Assembly (NCBI RefSeq): GCF_021246445.1
Contig: NZ_JAJQXW010000005.1
Coordinates: 62,001 to 126,000, forward strand
DNA from: Rhabdothermincola salaria
GTDB lineage: Bacteria > Actinomycetota > Acidimicrobiia > Acidimicrobiales > Acidimicrobilacustridaceae
Direction of reading: 5' to 3'
DNA length: 64,000 nt
Shown here: piece after piece, positions 1 to 11,794 of the stretch
Layout: each line of letters opens with the position of its first letter
How positions within the stretch are numbered: the stretch's first letter is position 1
Made by a program: the position numbers and the translations under genes
Notes under the pieces: generated by a model
Database searches by the model: none
Seen by the model: the letters and a program-made list of their open reading frames with translations, nothing else
What the model was told of the DNA's origin: nothing

Positions 1-1535
1 CCCCGGGGTTCGTCGATCTGCACACCCACCTCGACGCCCAGCTGGGGTGGGACCCATTGGCCACCTCGTCGTGCTGGCACGGCGTGACCTCCCTGGTGAT
101 CGGCAACTGCGGCGTCACCTTCGCCCCCGTCCGCGCCGGCGACGCCGGCTACCTGGCCCGGATGATGGAGTCGGTCGAGGACATCCCGGCCGACTCGATC
201 CTCGCCGGGCTGCCGTTCAGCTGGGAGAGCTACGGGCAGTACCTCGACTGGCTGGGCTCGACGCCGAAGGGGGTCAACGTCGGGGGCATGGTCGGGCACT
301 GCGCGGTGCGCTACCACGCCATGGGGGAGCGTTCCCTCGATCCCGACGCCGTCCCCACCGACGCGGAGCTGGCCGTCATGGTGGGTGCCGTCGACGAGGC
401 CATGGCCGCCGGCGCCCTGGGCTTCTCCACCTCGCGGACCCGCCGGCACGTGGCCCCCGACGGTCGCAACGTGCCCGGCACCTGGGCCACCGAGACCGAG
501 CTGGTGGCCCTGGCCGACGCCGTCGGTGCCCACGGACGCGGCTTCTTCGGCGCCGCCCCCCGCTTCGACGGCGACGGACCCGGCGTCGAACGGGCCCGCT
601 CGGAGGTGGCGCTCATGGCCGCGATGAGCCGGACCGCGGGGCGCCCGTTCACCTTCAACCTGACCAACACCTTCTCCGACCCCGACCTGTGGCGCCAGAC
701 CCTCGGGTTCGTGGCCGGTGCCAACGCCGCCGGGGCTCGCCTGCGGCCCCAGACCACCTCTCGGGGCATCGGCGTGGTGTTCAGCCTCGACCACGCCACG
801 CCGTTCGACAGCCGACCTGGTTGGGAAGCCCTCTCCGGGCTCGACGCCCGGACCAAGGCGGCGGCGATGACCGATCCCGACGTGCACGCCGCCCTCGTCG
901 CCGAGGGCGACGGCCCCGCCGGCGTCGATGCCTGGCGCGACTTCTACGTGCTCACCCCCGAGCGGGGGGCTCGCTACGACTGCGATCCCGCCAGCAGCCT
1001 GGCGGCGCATGCCGAGCGGGCCGGCACCAGCGCGGTGGAGGCCTACGTCGACCTCTGCGTGGCCCACGACGGGCAGGTCGTCCTCAACTGGCCGGTGCTC
1101 AACCAGGACTTCGGGGTGATCGCCGAGATGCTCACCGACCCCCTGGTGATGATGGGGTTGGCCGACGCCGGCGCCCACGTCGGCCAGATCCTCGACGCCA
1201 GCCAGCCCACCTTCTTCCTCTCCTACTGGGTGCGCGAGCGAGGCCTGGTCGACATCGGCGAAGGGGTGCGGCGCATCACCTCCGACACCGCCGCCTTCGC
1301 CGGGCTGACCGGCCGGGGGGTGGTGCGCCCCGGGGCCCGGGCCGACCTCAACGTGGTCGACCTCGATGCCCTGCACCTGCCGCTACCGCAGTACGTGCGC
1401 GACTTCCCCGGCGACGCCGGTCGCTTCGTGCAGCGAGCCGAGGGCTACGGCTGGACCCTGGTGAACGGCCAGGTGTTCATGGAGGACGGCAGGCACACCG
1501 GGGTGCTGGCCGGGCGGCCCCTGCGCGCCGCCTGA
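1..1535 (+). CDS. N-acyl-D-amino-acid deacylase family amidohydrolase (5' partial)
   Basis: Frame open from window start: PGFVDLHTHLDAQ (HxH metal motif), GVTSLVIGNCG, ADAGAH, C-terminal GRHTGVLAGRPLR. Confidence 0.85.
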   Translation, partial: PGFVDLHTHLDAQLGWDPLATSSCWHGVTSLVIGNCGVTFAPVRAGDAGYLARMMESVEDIPADSILAGLPFSWESYGQYLDWLGSTPKGVNVGGMVGHCAVRYHAMGERSLDPDAVPTDAELAVMVGAVDEAMAAGALGFSTSRTRRHVAPDGRNVPGTWATETELVALADAVGAHGRGFFGAAPRFDGDGPGVERARSEVALMAAMSRTAGRPFTFNLTNTFSDPDLWRQTLGFVAGANAAGARLRPQTTSRGIGVVFSLDHATPFDSRPGWEALSGLDARTKAAAMTDPDVHAALVAEGDGPAGVDAWRDFYVLTPERGARYDCDPASSLAAHAERAGTSAVEAYVDLCVAHDGQVVLNWPVLNQDFGVIAEMLTDPLVMMGLADAGAHVGQILDASQPTFFLSYWVRERGLVDIGEGVRRITSDTAAFAGLTGRGVVRPGARADLNVVDLDALHLPLPQYVRDFPGDAGRFVQRAEGYGWTLVNGQVFMEDGRHTGVLAGRPLRAA

Positions 1536-1576
1536 GCACGCCGGGGCGGCGTCGAGCACCCGGCTGGCAGGCGGGT

Positions 1577-1966
1577 TCAGCCCGGGGGGAGGGCGCGGGT
1601 CGGTCCCTGCCGCCACGCCACGCTCGATGCGAACCCGGCCGCCGCGACCATGGCGATGGCCACGCCGAAGATCACGCGGAGCGGCCACAGGAGCCCGCCT
1701 CCGGCGGCGATGACGGCCCACACCATGGCGCCACCGAGGAAGGCCAGCCCGGCGCTGCGGGGGGTGACGCGGACGGAGCGGCCGATCACGGCGCCCACCA
1801 CCACGCCGGTCACGGGGAGCAGCACGAGCCCGAGCCACCCCAGCGGCAGTACCCACGCCACGATGCGCACGCCGATGCCGCAGGCCAGGCCGATCACCAG
1901 GCACTGGGCCACCCCGCGGGTGGTGGGCTGGGCCGGTGGGGGGTTGGTGGCCGGGGTGCGGTCCAT
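1577..1966 (-). CDS. small hypothetical membrane protein
   Basis: 129 aa with about 4 hydrophobic segments; fills the gap between flanking genes. Confidence 0.6.
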   Translation of the reverse strand: MDRTPATNPPPAQPTTRGVAQCLVIGLACGIGVRIVAWVLPLGWLGLVLLPVTGVVVGAVIGRSVRVTPRSAGLAFLGGAMVWAVIAAGGGLLWPLRVIFGVAIAMVAAAGFASSVAWRQGPTRALPPG

Positions 1967-2023
1967 CGTCCCAGTGTGCCTGCTGGGGCCCTCGGCCGGG
2001 CAGCGGGCGGGCCCGGAGCGCCG

Positions 2024-3202
2024 TCAGCCGTGGCGCAGCTGACGGCGAAGGACGGCGGAGGCCGCCCCGAGCAGGACCACCGCGAACCCGGTGAGCACGG
2101 CGAGGGAGCCGGCGATGTCGGCGACGCCTCCACCGTCGAAGACCAGCCGCTGCCAGGCGACGATCGCCCAGTAGTGGGGGACGGCGTGGGCGATGGCCAG
2201 CATCGCCGGGGGGAACACCTCGATGGGGACCATGCACCCCCCGAGGGCACCGAGGGTGATGCCCACGATGGGCGCGAGGTTGCCGACCTTGTCCTCGTCG
2301 CGCCCGATGGCGCCGACCAGCAGGCCGGCGCTGGCCCCGACGGCGGCGAAGGCCACCGTGAGCAGCGCCGCGCCCCACGGGTCGCCCCAGTCCACGTCGA
2401 AGAAGAGGGCGCCGATGCCCAGGATGAGCAGCGACTGGACGAGGGCGATGGCGAACCATCCGGTGGCCATGCCCACCAGGACCGTGGTCGTGTCGGTGCG
2501 CAGCGAGGCCACCCGACGCAGGATCCCGGCCCGGCGGGCGAGGACGAGGTAGGCGCCACCGGACAGCGACGTGATGAACACGAACAGCACGAGGTTCTGG
2601 GGGGCGACCAGGGAGAAGCGGCTGATGTCCCGGGTGCCACCGCCCCCGATGTCGACCATCTCGACGTCGCGGCCGCCATCGCCGCCCTGACCGACGCTGA
2701 GGGCGGCGGCGAAGGCGTCCGGGAACGACCCGCCGAGCCCGTCGACCACCACCCTCGCCGCCCCGGCCCGAGCGGCCACGGCGTCGACGGCCCCGCTCAC
2801 CGCCACCCGAGCGGTGAGCGCGGCCTGGTCGCTGGCGGAACCGAGGAAGGCGATCTCCACCTCCCCGCCCCCCGCCACGGTGTCGTCGAGATCGCCCGGG
2901 ACGACGACGGCTGCCGACACGTCGCCTCGCCGGATGGCGGCATCGGCGCGGTCCGCGTCGGGGTAGTCGGTGATCGCCACCCCCTCGGCCTCTTCGAGCT
3001 CGGCGACGAAAGCCTCCGAGACCGGGCCCGTGGCGGTGTTCACCACGCCGATTCCCACGCGCCCCTCGCCGCCGAAGGCGCTCCCGATGACCACGATGAC
3101 CAGGATCGGTAGGACGACCATGAACAACAGCGCCGTACGGTCCCGGCTGAGCGACCGGAACAGGACGGCGACGAAGGCCCACACCGCCCTCAGCCGGCTC
3201 AT
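2024..3202 (-). CDS. ABC-2 type exporter permease
   Basis: RDRTALLFMVVLP N-terminal TM, extracellular domain, C-terminal TMs; ATGA overlap with upstream permease. Confidence 0.85.
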   Translation of the reverse strand: MSRLRAVWAFVAVLFRSLSRDRTALLFMVVLPILVIVVIGSAFGGEGRVGIGVVNTATGPVSEAFVAELEEAEGVAITDYPDADRADAAIRRGDVSAAVVVPGDLDDTVAGGGEVEIAFLGSASDQAALTARVAVSGAVDAVAARAGAARVVVDGLGGSFPDAFAAALSVGQGGDGGRDVEMVDIGGGGTRDISRFSLVAPQNLVLFVFITSLSGGAYLVLARRAGILRRVASLRTDTTTVLVGMATGWFAIALVQSLLILGIGALFFDVDWGDPWGAALLTVAFAAVGASAGLLVGAIGRDEDKVGNLAPIVGITLGALGGCMVPIEVFPPAMLAIAHAVPHYWAIVAWQRLVFDGGGVADIAGSLAVLTGFAVVLLGAASAVLRRQLRHG

Positions 3203-4452
3203 GGCGCCATCAGCCGGTGGACGCGGGCGAGGCCGATCGTCCCGAAGACCACGCCGAACCCGACCAGCACGGCGACGGTCGTGGCCAGCTGGGTGGGGTC
3301 GGCGGTGCCGGCCGCCAGCTCGGTGAAGGCCCGCAGGGCCCACCCGTTGGGGGTGAGCAGCGACGCCTGTTCCAGCACCCCGGGGAGCTGGCCGGGACCG
3401 AGGAAGTTGCCCCCCAACAAGGCGAAGGCGAAGGCGACCAGCGCGGTGTACGACTCGGCCTGTTGAGGGGTGCGGGCGAGAGAGGTGACGAGGGTGGCCA
3501 CCCCGGCGATGGCGATCACGGTGGCGACCATGAGCACCACCACCCCGGCCGGGTTGCCCCAGCCGGCGCCGAACACGACCGAGGTGACCACCCAGACGGT
3601 GACGAAGCCGGCGAGACCGAGCGCCGCCACCGAGGAGGTCTTGCCGGCGATCACCGCGCCCGGCGGGGTGGGCCCGGACAGGAGGCGGACCAGGGTGCCG
3701 TCGGTGCGTTCGGCCAGCACCGAACGGGCGGCCAGGCCGACGGTGAAGAACAGGAAGAGGATGCTCATGGCCGCGCCGTAGTAGGCCGCCGGCGAGATCT
3801 CGTCGCGGTCGACGTCGAGTTGGCCGAGGCCGAGGGGCGACGCGGCATCGCGAGCGGCCTGGAGCAGGTCGGCGGACGGAGCCGTCCCGGTCAGGTCGGT
3901 GGCCAGCGCGGCGGCGGTGGCCACCTGGAGGACACGACCGGCCACGCTGGTGGCCACCGACTCGGCCACCTGGCCGGCGATGGTGCGTCCGGGATTGCGC
4001 AGCACCACGAGGGAGGACGGGGTGGGGGTCTGCGCCGCCGCCTCGTAGCCCTCGGGCACCACGATGGCGGCGTCGACCTCGCCGTCGTCGACCGCCGCCT
4101 CGGCGGCGGCGCGACCGTCGAGACGGGTGAAGGTCACCGCGGAGGCGTCTTCTGACGGCTGGTCCGGCGAACCACCGTCGTCGGCGAGCAGTCCCGACAC
4201 GATGGCGGCGGACGTCTCGGACCGGTCCATGTCGACCACCGCCACCTCGAAGCGGCTGGACGTGGCGCCGCCGATGAGCGTGCTGAACACCACGGCGAAG
4301 ACGAGCGGCCCGGCGAAGGCGGTGAGCAGCGCCGAGCGGTTGCGGATCCGCCGTCGCAGATCCGACCCGGCGACGATGCCCGTGGCCCGGCTGCCACCGG
4401 GTGGACGCAGGTCGGGGTGGGTGGCGAGGGCGGGATCGGCGCGGCCGCTCAT
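3199..4452 (-). CDS. ABC-2 type exporter permease
   Basis: RNRSALLTAFAGP, VAVVDMDRS, ERTDGTLVRL, LTPNGWA; ATGA overlap with ATPase. Confidence 0.85.
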   Translation of the reverse strand: MSGRADPALATHPDLRPPGGSRATGIVAGSDLRRRIRNRSALLTAFAGPLVFAVVFSTLIGGATSSRFEVAVVDMDRSETSAAIVSGLLADDGGSPDQPSEDASAVTFTRLDGRAAAEAAVDDGEVDAAIVVPEGYEAAAQTPTPSSLVVLRNPGRTIAGQVAESVATSVAGRVLQVATAAALATDLTGTAPSADLLQAARDAASPLGLGQLDVDRDEISPAAYYGAAMSILFLFFTVGLAARSVLAERTDGTLVRLLSGPTPPGAVIAGKTSSVAALGLAGFVTVWVVTSVVFGAGWGNPAGVVVLMVATVIAIAGVATLVTSLARTPQQAESYTALVAFAFALLGGNFLGPGQLPGVLEQASLLTPNGWALRAFTELAAGTADPTQLATTVAVLVGFGVVFGTIGLARVHRLMAP

Positions 4453-5411
4453 GCCCGGTCCCGTAGCGCCTTCCCGGTCAACTGCAGGAACACGTCCTCC
4501 AGATCCGGTTCGTCGATCTCGACGCCGGTGATGGACGTGCCGGCGTCGTGGACCGCCTCGACCACCTCGGAGAGCACGGCGGCGGCGTCGACGGCCACGA
4601 CCGTGACGGTGGTGGCGTCGGCGAGGTCGGCGGCCACCACGCCGGTGACCAGGCGGCATCGCTCGGCCACCGAGGCACCGTCGCCCAGCACCTGCACGGT
4701 GATGCTCTCGCGACTGCCGATCCGTTCGACCAGCTGCGCCCGGGTGCCTTCGGCCACGAGGCGTCCGTCGTCGATGATGCCCACCCGGTCGCAGAGGCGC
4801 TCGGCCTCTTCCATGTAGTGGGTGGTGTAGAGCACGGCGAGGCCTTCGCCACCGAGCACCTCGATCGACTCGAGGATCTGGTTGCGGCTCTGGGGGTCGA
4901 CGCCCACGGTGGGTTCGTCGAGGATCAGCAGGCGGGGCCGGTGCAGGAGGCCCACCGCGATGTTGGCTCGCCGCTTCATGCCCCCCGAGTAGGCGTCGAC
5001 GCGGTCGGCGGCGCGGTCGGTGAGGCCGACCACGTCGAGCACCTCGGTGATGCGGGCATCGAGCGCTCGGCCGTCGAGGCCCTGGAGACGGCCGAAGAAG
5101 CGCAGGTTCTCGGTGGCCGAGAGGTCGGGATAGAGCGCCACGTCCTGGGGGACCAGGCCGATGGCGGCCTTGGCCTGGCGATCGCCCCGGCCCATGGTGT
5201 GCCCGGCGACGGTGATCGTCCCTGCGTCGGTGCCGAGCACGCCGGCGACCATCGAGATGGTCGTCGTCTTGCCGGCACCGTTGGGACCGAGGAGCCCGTA
5301 GGTCTCGCCCGGCGCGATGGCGAAGGACACGCCGTCGACGGCCACCCGGTCTCCGAAGCGGCGCACGAGCCCTTCGACGCGCAGCACGAGCGGGTCGTCC
5401 CGTTCAGCCAT
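4449..5411 (-). CDS. ABC exporter ATP-binding protein
   Basis: Walker A GPNGAGKT, signature YSGGM, Walker B ILDEPT, TTHY. Confidence 0.92.
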   Translation of the reverse strand: MAERDDPLVLRVEGLVRRFGDRVAVDGVSFAIAPGETYGLLGPNGAGKTTTISMVAGVLGTDAGTITVAGHTMGRGDRQAKAAIGLVPQDVALYPDLSATENLRFFGRLQGLDGRALDARITEVLDVVGLTDRAADRVDAYSGGMKRRANIAVGLLHRPRLLILDEPTVGVDPQSRNQILESIEVLGGEGLAVLYTTHYMEEAERLCDRVGIIDDGRLVAEGTRAQLVERIGSRESITVQVLGDGASVAERCRLVTGVVAADLADATTVTVVAVDAAAVLSEVVEAVHDAGTSITGVEIDEPDLEDVFLQLTGKALRDRA

Positions 5412-5550
5412 GCCCGGCGACCCTAGTGGCGGGTCGGGCAGGTGTTCGTCCGCCCCCGATGGAGGCCGATCGGCCGTCGGTCGAGGGGAAGGGGGCCGCC
5501 ACGGGACGCCCGGAATCGGGGTGGGGGGCGGCTGGTAGGTTCTCGGCCCT

Positions 5551-6110
5551 ATGCGTCTCGCCGTGTTGGCCTCGGGTAGTGGCACCATCCTCGACGCCAT
5601 CTGCTCGGCCGGGATCCCCGTCGCCCTGGTCGTGGCCGACCGTCCCTGCGGGGCGCTCGACGTGGCCGCCAGCCACCGGGTCGAGTCCGAGCTCGTCGAA
5701 CGCAAGAGCTACGCCAAGGACTTCGACCGCGACGGCTACACCGCCGAGCTCATCGGCGTGCTCCGGGGCTGGGACATCGACCTCGTCGCCATGGCCGGCT
5801 TCGGCACCATCCTCGGCAAGGACCTGTTCGAGGCGTTCCCCGAGCGGATCCTCAACACCCACCCGGCGCTGCTGCCCAGCTTCCCCGGCTGGCACGCCGT
5901 CGACGACGCCCTCGCCTACGGGGTCAAGGTCACCGGCTGCACCGTGCACCTGGCCACCGAGGAGGTCGACGCCGGCCCGATCCTGGCCCAGGAGGCCGTC
6001 CCCGTCCTCGACGACGACACGGTCGAGACGCTCCACGAACGCATCAAGGGCGTCGAGCGACGCCTCTACATCCAGACGATCTCCGAGATCCTCGAGAGGG
6101 GGAGTGTCCG

Positions 6111-6114
<4 letters not shown>
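5551..6114 (+). CDS. purN: phosphoribosylglycinamide formyltransferase
   Basis: LASGSGT, ILNTHPALLPSFPG, GCTVH, VDAGPI; coupled to purH. Confidence 0.95.
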
Positions 6115-7667
<1,553 letters not shown>

Positions 7668-7716
7668 CGCCCGGCCCCCTCGGTCCACCGGCGAGCTGGG
7701 CTGGCACACTGGCCCC

Positions 7717-8091
7717 ATGAACGCACCGGTGACCGGGTTCAGCCACGTCCAGCTGCGGGTCGGCGACCTCGAGCGGTCGCGCCGCTGGTACGAGACGGTC
7801 CTCGGCATGGAGGCCTTCGTGGAGCTGCCCGACACGGTGGCCCTGCGCAACCGTGAGGCCCGACTGGTCGTGGTCCTCTCGCCGGCCGAGCGCCTGGAGG
7901 CGGCCAGCTCACCGCTCGACCACATCGCGTTCGGTGCGCCGGACGGGGAGTCGCTCGAGGTGTGGGCCCGGCACCTGAGCGAGGCGGGCATCGCCCACGA
8001 AGGGGTCGTGCTCGAGCTGGGCAAGCCGTCGCTGCAGCTGCTCGACCCCGACGGCAACGCCGTCGAGCTGGTCGCCCCGGCCCCGCGCTGA
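7717..8091 (+). CDS. VOC/glyoxalase family protein
   Basis: [33 protein letters not shown]. Confidence 0.85.
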   Translation: MNAPVTGFSHVQLRVGDLERSRRWYETVLGMEAFVELPDTVALRNREARLVVVLSPAERLEAASSPLDHIAFGAPDGESLEVWARHLSEAGIAHEGVVLELGKPSLQLLDPDGNAVELVAPAPR

Positions 8092-8121
8092 ACGACGAGG
8101 ATCCGCAGGGCGCTCCCTGCG

Positions 8122-8736
8122 TCAGCGGCGCAGGAAGTCGAGCAGGTCGTGGCCGGCGCGGCCCACGAGGCGGGCCACGGCGTCGAGGGGGAGCCCGATG
8201 ACGTTGGTGGGGCTGCCGTCGAGACGGGTGACGAAGAGGCCGGCGGCACCCTGCACGCCGTAGCCGCCGGCCTTGTCGTAGGGCTCGTTGGTGCCGACGT
8301 ACCAGTCGATCCACCGGTCGGGCATCGCCGAGAAGGTGACCTCGGTGGTGGTGACCTCGGAGGCGACGGCGGTCGTCTCGGCAGGTGTCCACCAGGCGAC
8401 GGCCACACCGGTGTGGACCTGGTGGCTGCGCCCCGCCAGCCGGGTGAGCAGTTCGCGAGCCTCGTCGGCATCGGTGGGCTTGCCGAGGAGGTGCCCATCG
8501 AGGTCGACGGTGGTGTCGGCGGCCAGGGTCACCTGGCCGGGCGCGCTGGCGACCGCCGCCTTGGTGCGGGCCAACCGCTCGACGTAGGCCGTGCCGGACT
8601 CGTCCGGTGCCACCGACTCGTCGACGTCGGGCGGGCGCACGTCGAAGTCGAGGCCCAGGTCGAGCAGCAGCGTGCGTCGGCGCGGCGAGCCCGAGGCCAG
8701 GACCAGTCGGGTGGCGTGGCGCGAGCGATCGGACAT
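8122..8736 (-). CDS. maf: Maf-family nucleotide pyrophosphatase
   Basis: LVLASGSPRRR, AADTTV, GKP, DKAGGYGVQG, NVIGLP. Confidence 0.93.
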   Translation of the reverse strand: MSDRSRHATRLVLASGSPRRRTLLLDLGLDFDVRPPDVDESVAPDESGTAYVERLARTKAAVASAPGQVTLAADTTVDLDGHLLGKPTDADEARELLTRLAGRSHQVHTGVAVAWWTPAETTAVASEVTTTEVTFSAMPDRWIDWYVGTNEPYDKAGGYGVQGAAGLFVTRLDGSPTNVIGLPLDAVARLVGRAGHDLLDFLRR

Positions 8737-8749
8737 GGCGCCCAGCCTC

Positions 8750-9901
8750 TCATCCGCCGCCGACGAGCACGTCGGTGGCGGCGGGTGGCGGTGTCGTGGA
8801 GTCGGTGTCGAGCCACCCGTCAGGAACCACGACCGGGTGGGGTCCGGCCTGGGTCCCCCGGGGGAGGGCATCGGCGCCCGGAGGGAGCGACAGGTTCGGG
8901 TCGAGGCCGCGCAGCAGCACGTCGAGGTGGTCGAGCGACGACGCGGCCATGAGGGCTCGCCGGGTGTGGCCTCCCACCGGGTAGCCGGCGAGGTACCAGC
9001 CCAGGTGCTTGCGCATCTGCAGCACGGCCCGCGGTTCGCCGACGGCGTCGGCCAGCAGCCGGGCGTGGGTGAGGGCCACCTCGACGACGGCCCCGAGCCC
9101 GGGGGCCGGGGGCACGGGGGCGGCGGTGAACGCCGCTTCCAGCTCGGCGAAGAACCAGGGCCGACCCAGGCAGGCCCGGCCGACCACCACCCCGGTGCAG
9201 CCGGTGGCCTCGACCATGGCCAGCGCGTCGTCGGCCGTCCAGATGTCGCCGTTGCCGAGGACGGGCACCGGCGCCACCTCGCCCACGGCCTCGACCAGGG
9301 CGCCGATGGCGTCCCACCGGGCCCGGCCCGAATAGCGCTGCTCGGCGGTGCGGGCGTGCAGCGCCACGGCGGCGGCGCCGGCCTCGGCGGCCAGGCGCCC
9401 GGCGGGCAGGTAGGTGAGCCGTTCGTCGTCGAGCCCCATGCGCATCTTCACGGTGACGGGGACGTCTCCGGCGGCGCGGACGGCGGCGCTGACCACCGCG
9501 GCGAACAGGCGGGGTCGGGCCGGGAGGGCCGCCCCGCCGCCGTGGCGGGTGACCTTGGGGACCGGGCACCCGAAGTTGAGGTCGACGTGGTCGACGTGGC
9601 CGTCGCCCACCAGGCGCCGGACGGCCTCGCCCACCGTGGTCGGGTCGGTGCCGTAGAGCTGGATCGACCGGGGCGACTCGTCGGGGTCGAAGGCGGCCAG
9701 CTGCCAGGACTTCTCGCCCCCCTCGAGCAGACCGCGGGCGTTCACCATCTCGCTCACGAACAGCCCCCCGCCGAACCGGCGGCACAGGCGCCGGAAGGCG
9801 GCGTTGGTGATGCCGGCCATGGGGGCCAGCACCACGGGCACGGCCAGGTGGATCGGCCCGATCGCCAGCGGCGCGGGAGGGGTGCGGACGGCGGAGGACA
9901 T
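8750..9901 (-). CDS. dusB: tRNA-dihydrouridine synthase
   Basis: LAPMAGITN, DLNFGCP, KMRMG, LHART, GNGDI, GRACLGRPW. Confidence 0.92.
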   Translation of the reverse strand: MSSAVRTPPAPLAIGPIHLAVPVVLAPMAGITNAAFRRLCRRFGGGLFVSEMVNARGLLEGGEKSWQLAAFDPDESPRSIQLYGTDPTTVGEAVRRLVGDGHVDHVDLNFGCPVPKVTRHGGGAALPARPRLFAAVVSAAVRAAGDVPVTVKMRMGLDDERLTYLPAGRLAAEAGAAAVALHARTAEQRYSGRARWDAIGALVEAVGEVAPVPVLGNGDIWTADDALAMVEATGCTGVVVGRACLGRPWFFAELEAAFTAAPVPPAPGLGAVVEVALTHARLLADAVGEPRAVLQMRKHLGWYLAGYPVGGHTRRALMAASSLDHLDVLLRGLDPNLSLPPGADALPRGTQAGPHPVVVPDGWLDTDSTTPPPAATDVLVGGG

Positions 9902-9928
9902 CGGTCCCCCACGGTAGGGTCGGCGACC

Positions 9929-10801
9929 ATGACAGCGCAGGTCCTCGACGGTGAAGCAGTGGCCACGGGCATCAAGGCGGACCTGGTGGCCCGGGTGGCC
10001 GCCCTGGCCGAGCGGGGCATCACCCCGGGGCTCGGCACGGTGCTGGTCGGCGACGACGGCCCCTCGGCCAACTACGTGGCCATGAAGCACCGCGACTGCG
10101 AGGCCCTGGGCATCACATCGCACCACGCCCACCTCCCGGCCGACGCCACGCAGGACGACGTGCTCGAGGTCGTGCACCGCTTCAACGCCGACCCTGCCGT
10201 CGACGCCTACCTCATGCAGTACCCGTTCCCGAAGCACCTCGACTTCGAGGCCGCCCTGCTCGCCGTCGACCCGGCCAAGGACGTCGACGGGCTGCACCCG
10301 GTCAACCTCGGCCACCTGGTCCAGGGCGTCGCCGGTCCGCTGCCGTGCACGCCGGCAGGCATCCAGGCCCTGCTCGTGCACTACGAGGTGCCCATCGAGG
10401 GCCGCCACGTGGTCATCGTGGGCCGAGGGCTCACCATCGGGCGGCCCCTGGCCAACCTGCTCACCCTCAAGCGCCCTCACGCCAACGCCGCGGTCACCGT
10501 GGTGCACACCGGTGTGGCCGACCTCGGCGCCTACACGCGTCAGGCCGACATCCTGGTGGCCGCCGCCGGCTCGCCCGGCCTGATCACCGCGGAGATGGTC
10601 AAGCCCGGCGCGGCCGTGGTGGCCGCCGGCGTGTCGTTCGAAGGCAAGAAGCTCGTCTCCGACGTGGCCGAGGAGGCCGCCGAGGTCGCCGGTTGGCTCT
10701 CGCCCCGCATCGGCGGCGTGGGGCCCATGACCCGCGCCATGTTGCTGGTGAACACCGTGGAGGCGGCCGAGCGGGCGCTGGGTCCCGGAGACGGCGGATG
10801 A
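9929..10801 (+). CDS. folD: methylenetetrahydrofolate dehydrogenase/cyclohydrolase
   Basis: PGLGTVLVGDD, KDVDGLHPVNLG, PCTPAG, GGVGPMT. Confidence 0.95.
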   Translation: MTAQVLDGEAVATGIKADLVARVAALAERGITPGLGTVLVGDDGPSANYVAMKHRDCEALGITSHHAHLPADATQDDVLEVVHRFNADPAVDAYLMQYPFPKHLDFEAALLAVDPAKDVDGLHPVNLGHLVQGVAGPLPCTPAGIQALLVHYEVPIEGRHVVIVGRGLTIGRPLANLLTLKRPHANAAVTVVHTGVADLGAYTRQADILVAAAGSPGLITAEMVKPGAAVVAAGVSFEGKKLVSDVAEEAAEVAGWLSPRIGGVGPMTRAMLLVNTVEAAERALGPGDGG

Positions 10802-11667
10802 CCCGCATCGCCGATCTGCTGGCCGCCGGCCGGACCTGCTCGTTCGAGTTCTTCCCGCCCAAGACCGACGAGGCCGCCCGCGCCCTCGAGAAGACGATCG
10901 GCGAGCTCGAGGGCCTCCACCCGTCCTTCGTCTCGGTCACCTACGGCGCCGGGGGGTCCACCCGCGAGCGCACCCGCGACATCGTGATCCACATAGAGCG
11001 CGACACGGGCATCACCGCCATGGCCCACCTCACGTGCGCGGCCCACACCCGTGACGAGCTGGTGAGCCTGCTCACCGAGTACCGCGAGGCGGGCATCACC
11101 AACATCTTGGCCCTGGCCGGCGATCCGCCGGCCGACCAGCCCGACGACGCCCCGCTCGACGAGTTCGCCTACGCGCTCGACCTGGTGCGCCTGGTGCACG
11201 AGGTGGGCGACTTCTCGGTCGGCGTGGCCGCCCACCCCGAGGGCCATCCCCGTTCGCCGGAGATGGGATCGGATCGCCGCCACCTGGCCGCCAAGCTGGC
11301 CGAGTCCGACTTCGCCATCACCCAGTTCTTCTTCGAGGCCGAGCCCTACCTGCGCATGGTCGACGAACTGGCCGCGCTCGACTGCCACAAGCCGGTGCTG
11401 CCGGGCATCATGCCGGTCACCAACGCCAAGCAGGTGGCCCGCTTCGCCCAGCTGGCCGGCGCCGAGTTCCCGCCCCACCTGGCCGCCCGCTTCGAGGCCC
11501 TCGCCGACGACCCCGACGGCGTGCGGGCCCTGGGTGTGGAGCTGGCCACCGCCCTGTGCCAGGAGCTGCTCGACCAGGGCGCCCCGGGGCTGCACTTCTA
11601 CACGCTGAACCGCTCGACCGCGACCCGCGAGATCGCCACCAACCTCGGTTTCACCGGCCCTCGCTGA
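10798..11667 (+). CDS. metF: methylenetetrahydrofolate reductase
   Basis: [39 protein letters not shown] overlap with folD. Confidence 0.95.
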   Translation: MTRIADLLAAGRTCSFEFFPPKTDEAARALEKTIGELEGLHPSFVSVTYGAGGSTRERTRDIVIHIERDTGITAMAHLTCAAHTRDELVSLLTEYREAGITNILALAGDPPADQPDDAPLDEFAYALDLVRLVHEVGDFSVGVAAHPEGHPRSPEMGSDRRHLAAKLAESDFAITQFFFEAEPYLRMVDELAALDCHKPVLPGIMPVTNAKQVARFAQLAGAEFPPHLAARFEALADDPDGVRALGVELATALCQELLDQGAPGLHFYTLNRSTATREIATNLGFTGPR

Positions 11668-11794
11668 ACACCCGTCGGGGCCTGCCGGGAGGCGGCAACC
11701 CCTTGGTGGCCGCGACGCGAGCGCCGGTAGCCTGACCGCCTCGAGAGGCGCGCCACGGGGCGCCCGGACAGGGGGCGACGGTGGGGGACGGGCA

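Noticed and set aside
5412..5550. Possible ZTP (pfl) riboswitch upstream of purN-purH
   Set aside because: I could not find the conserved GACUGGCG and CGCCUGGG elements, and a -10 hexamer directly before the ATG suggests no leader.
8591..11667. Long ORF-track extensions suggesting fusions (folD 736 aa, metF 440 aa; also kinase and regulator ~725 aa)
   Set aside because: The extensions overlap other genes and are low-complexity; true starts coincide with stop/start overlaps or promoter motifs.
11668..11794. CGGCAACCC resembling part of a SAM-IV riboswitch near metF
   Set aside because: It lies downstream of metF and the other conserved SAM-IV segments are absent.
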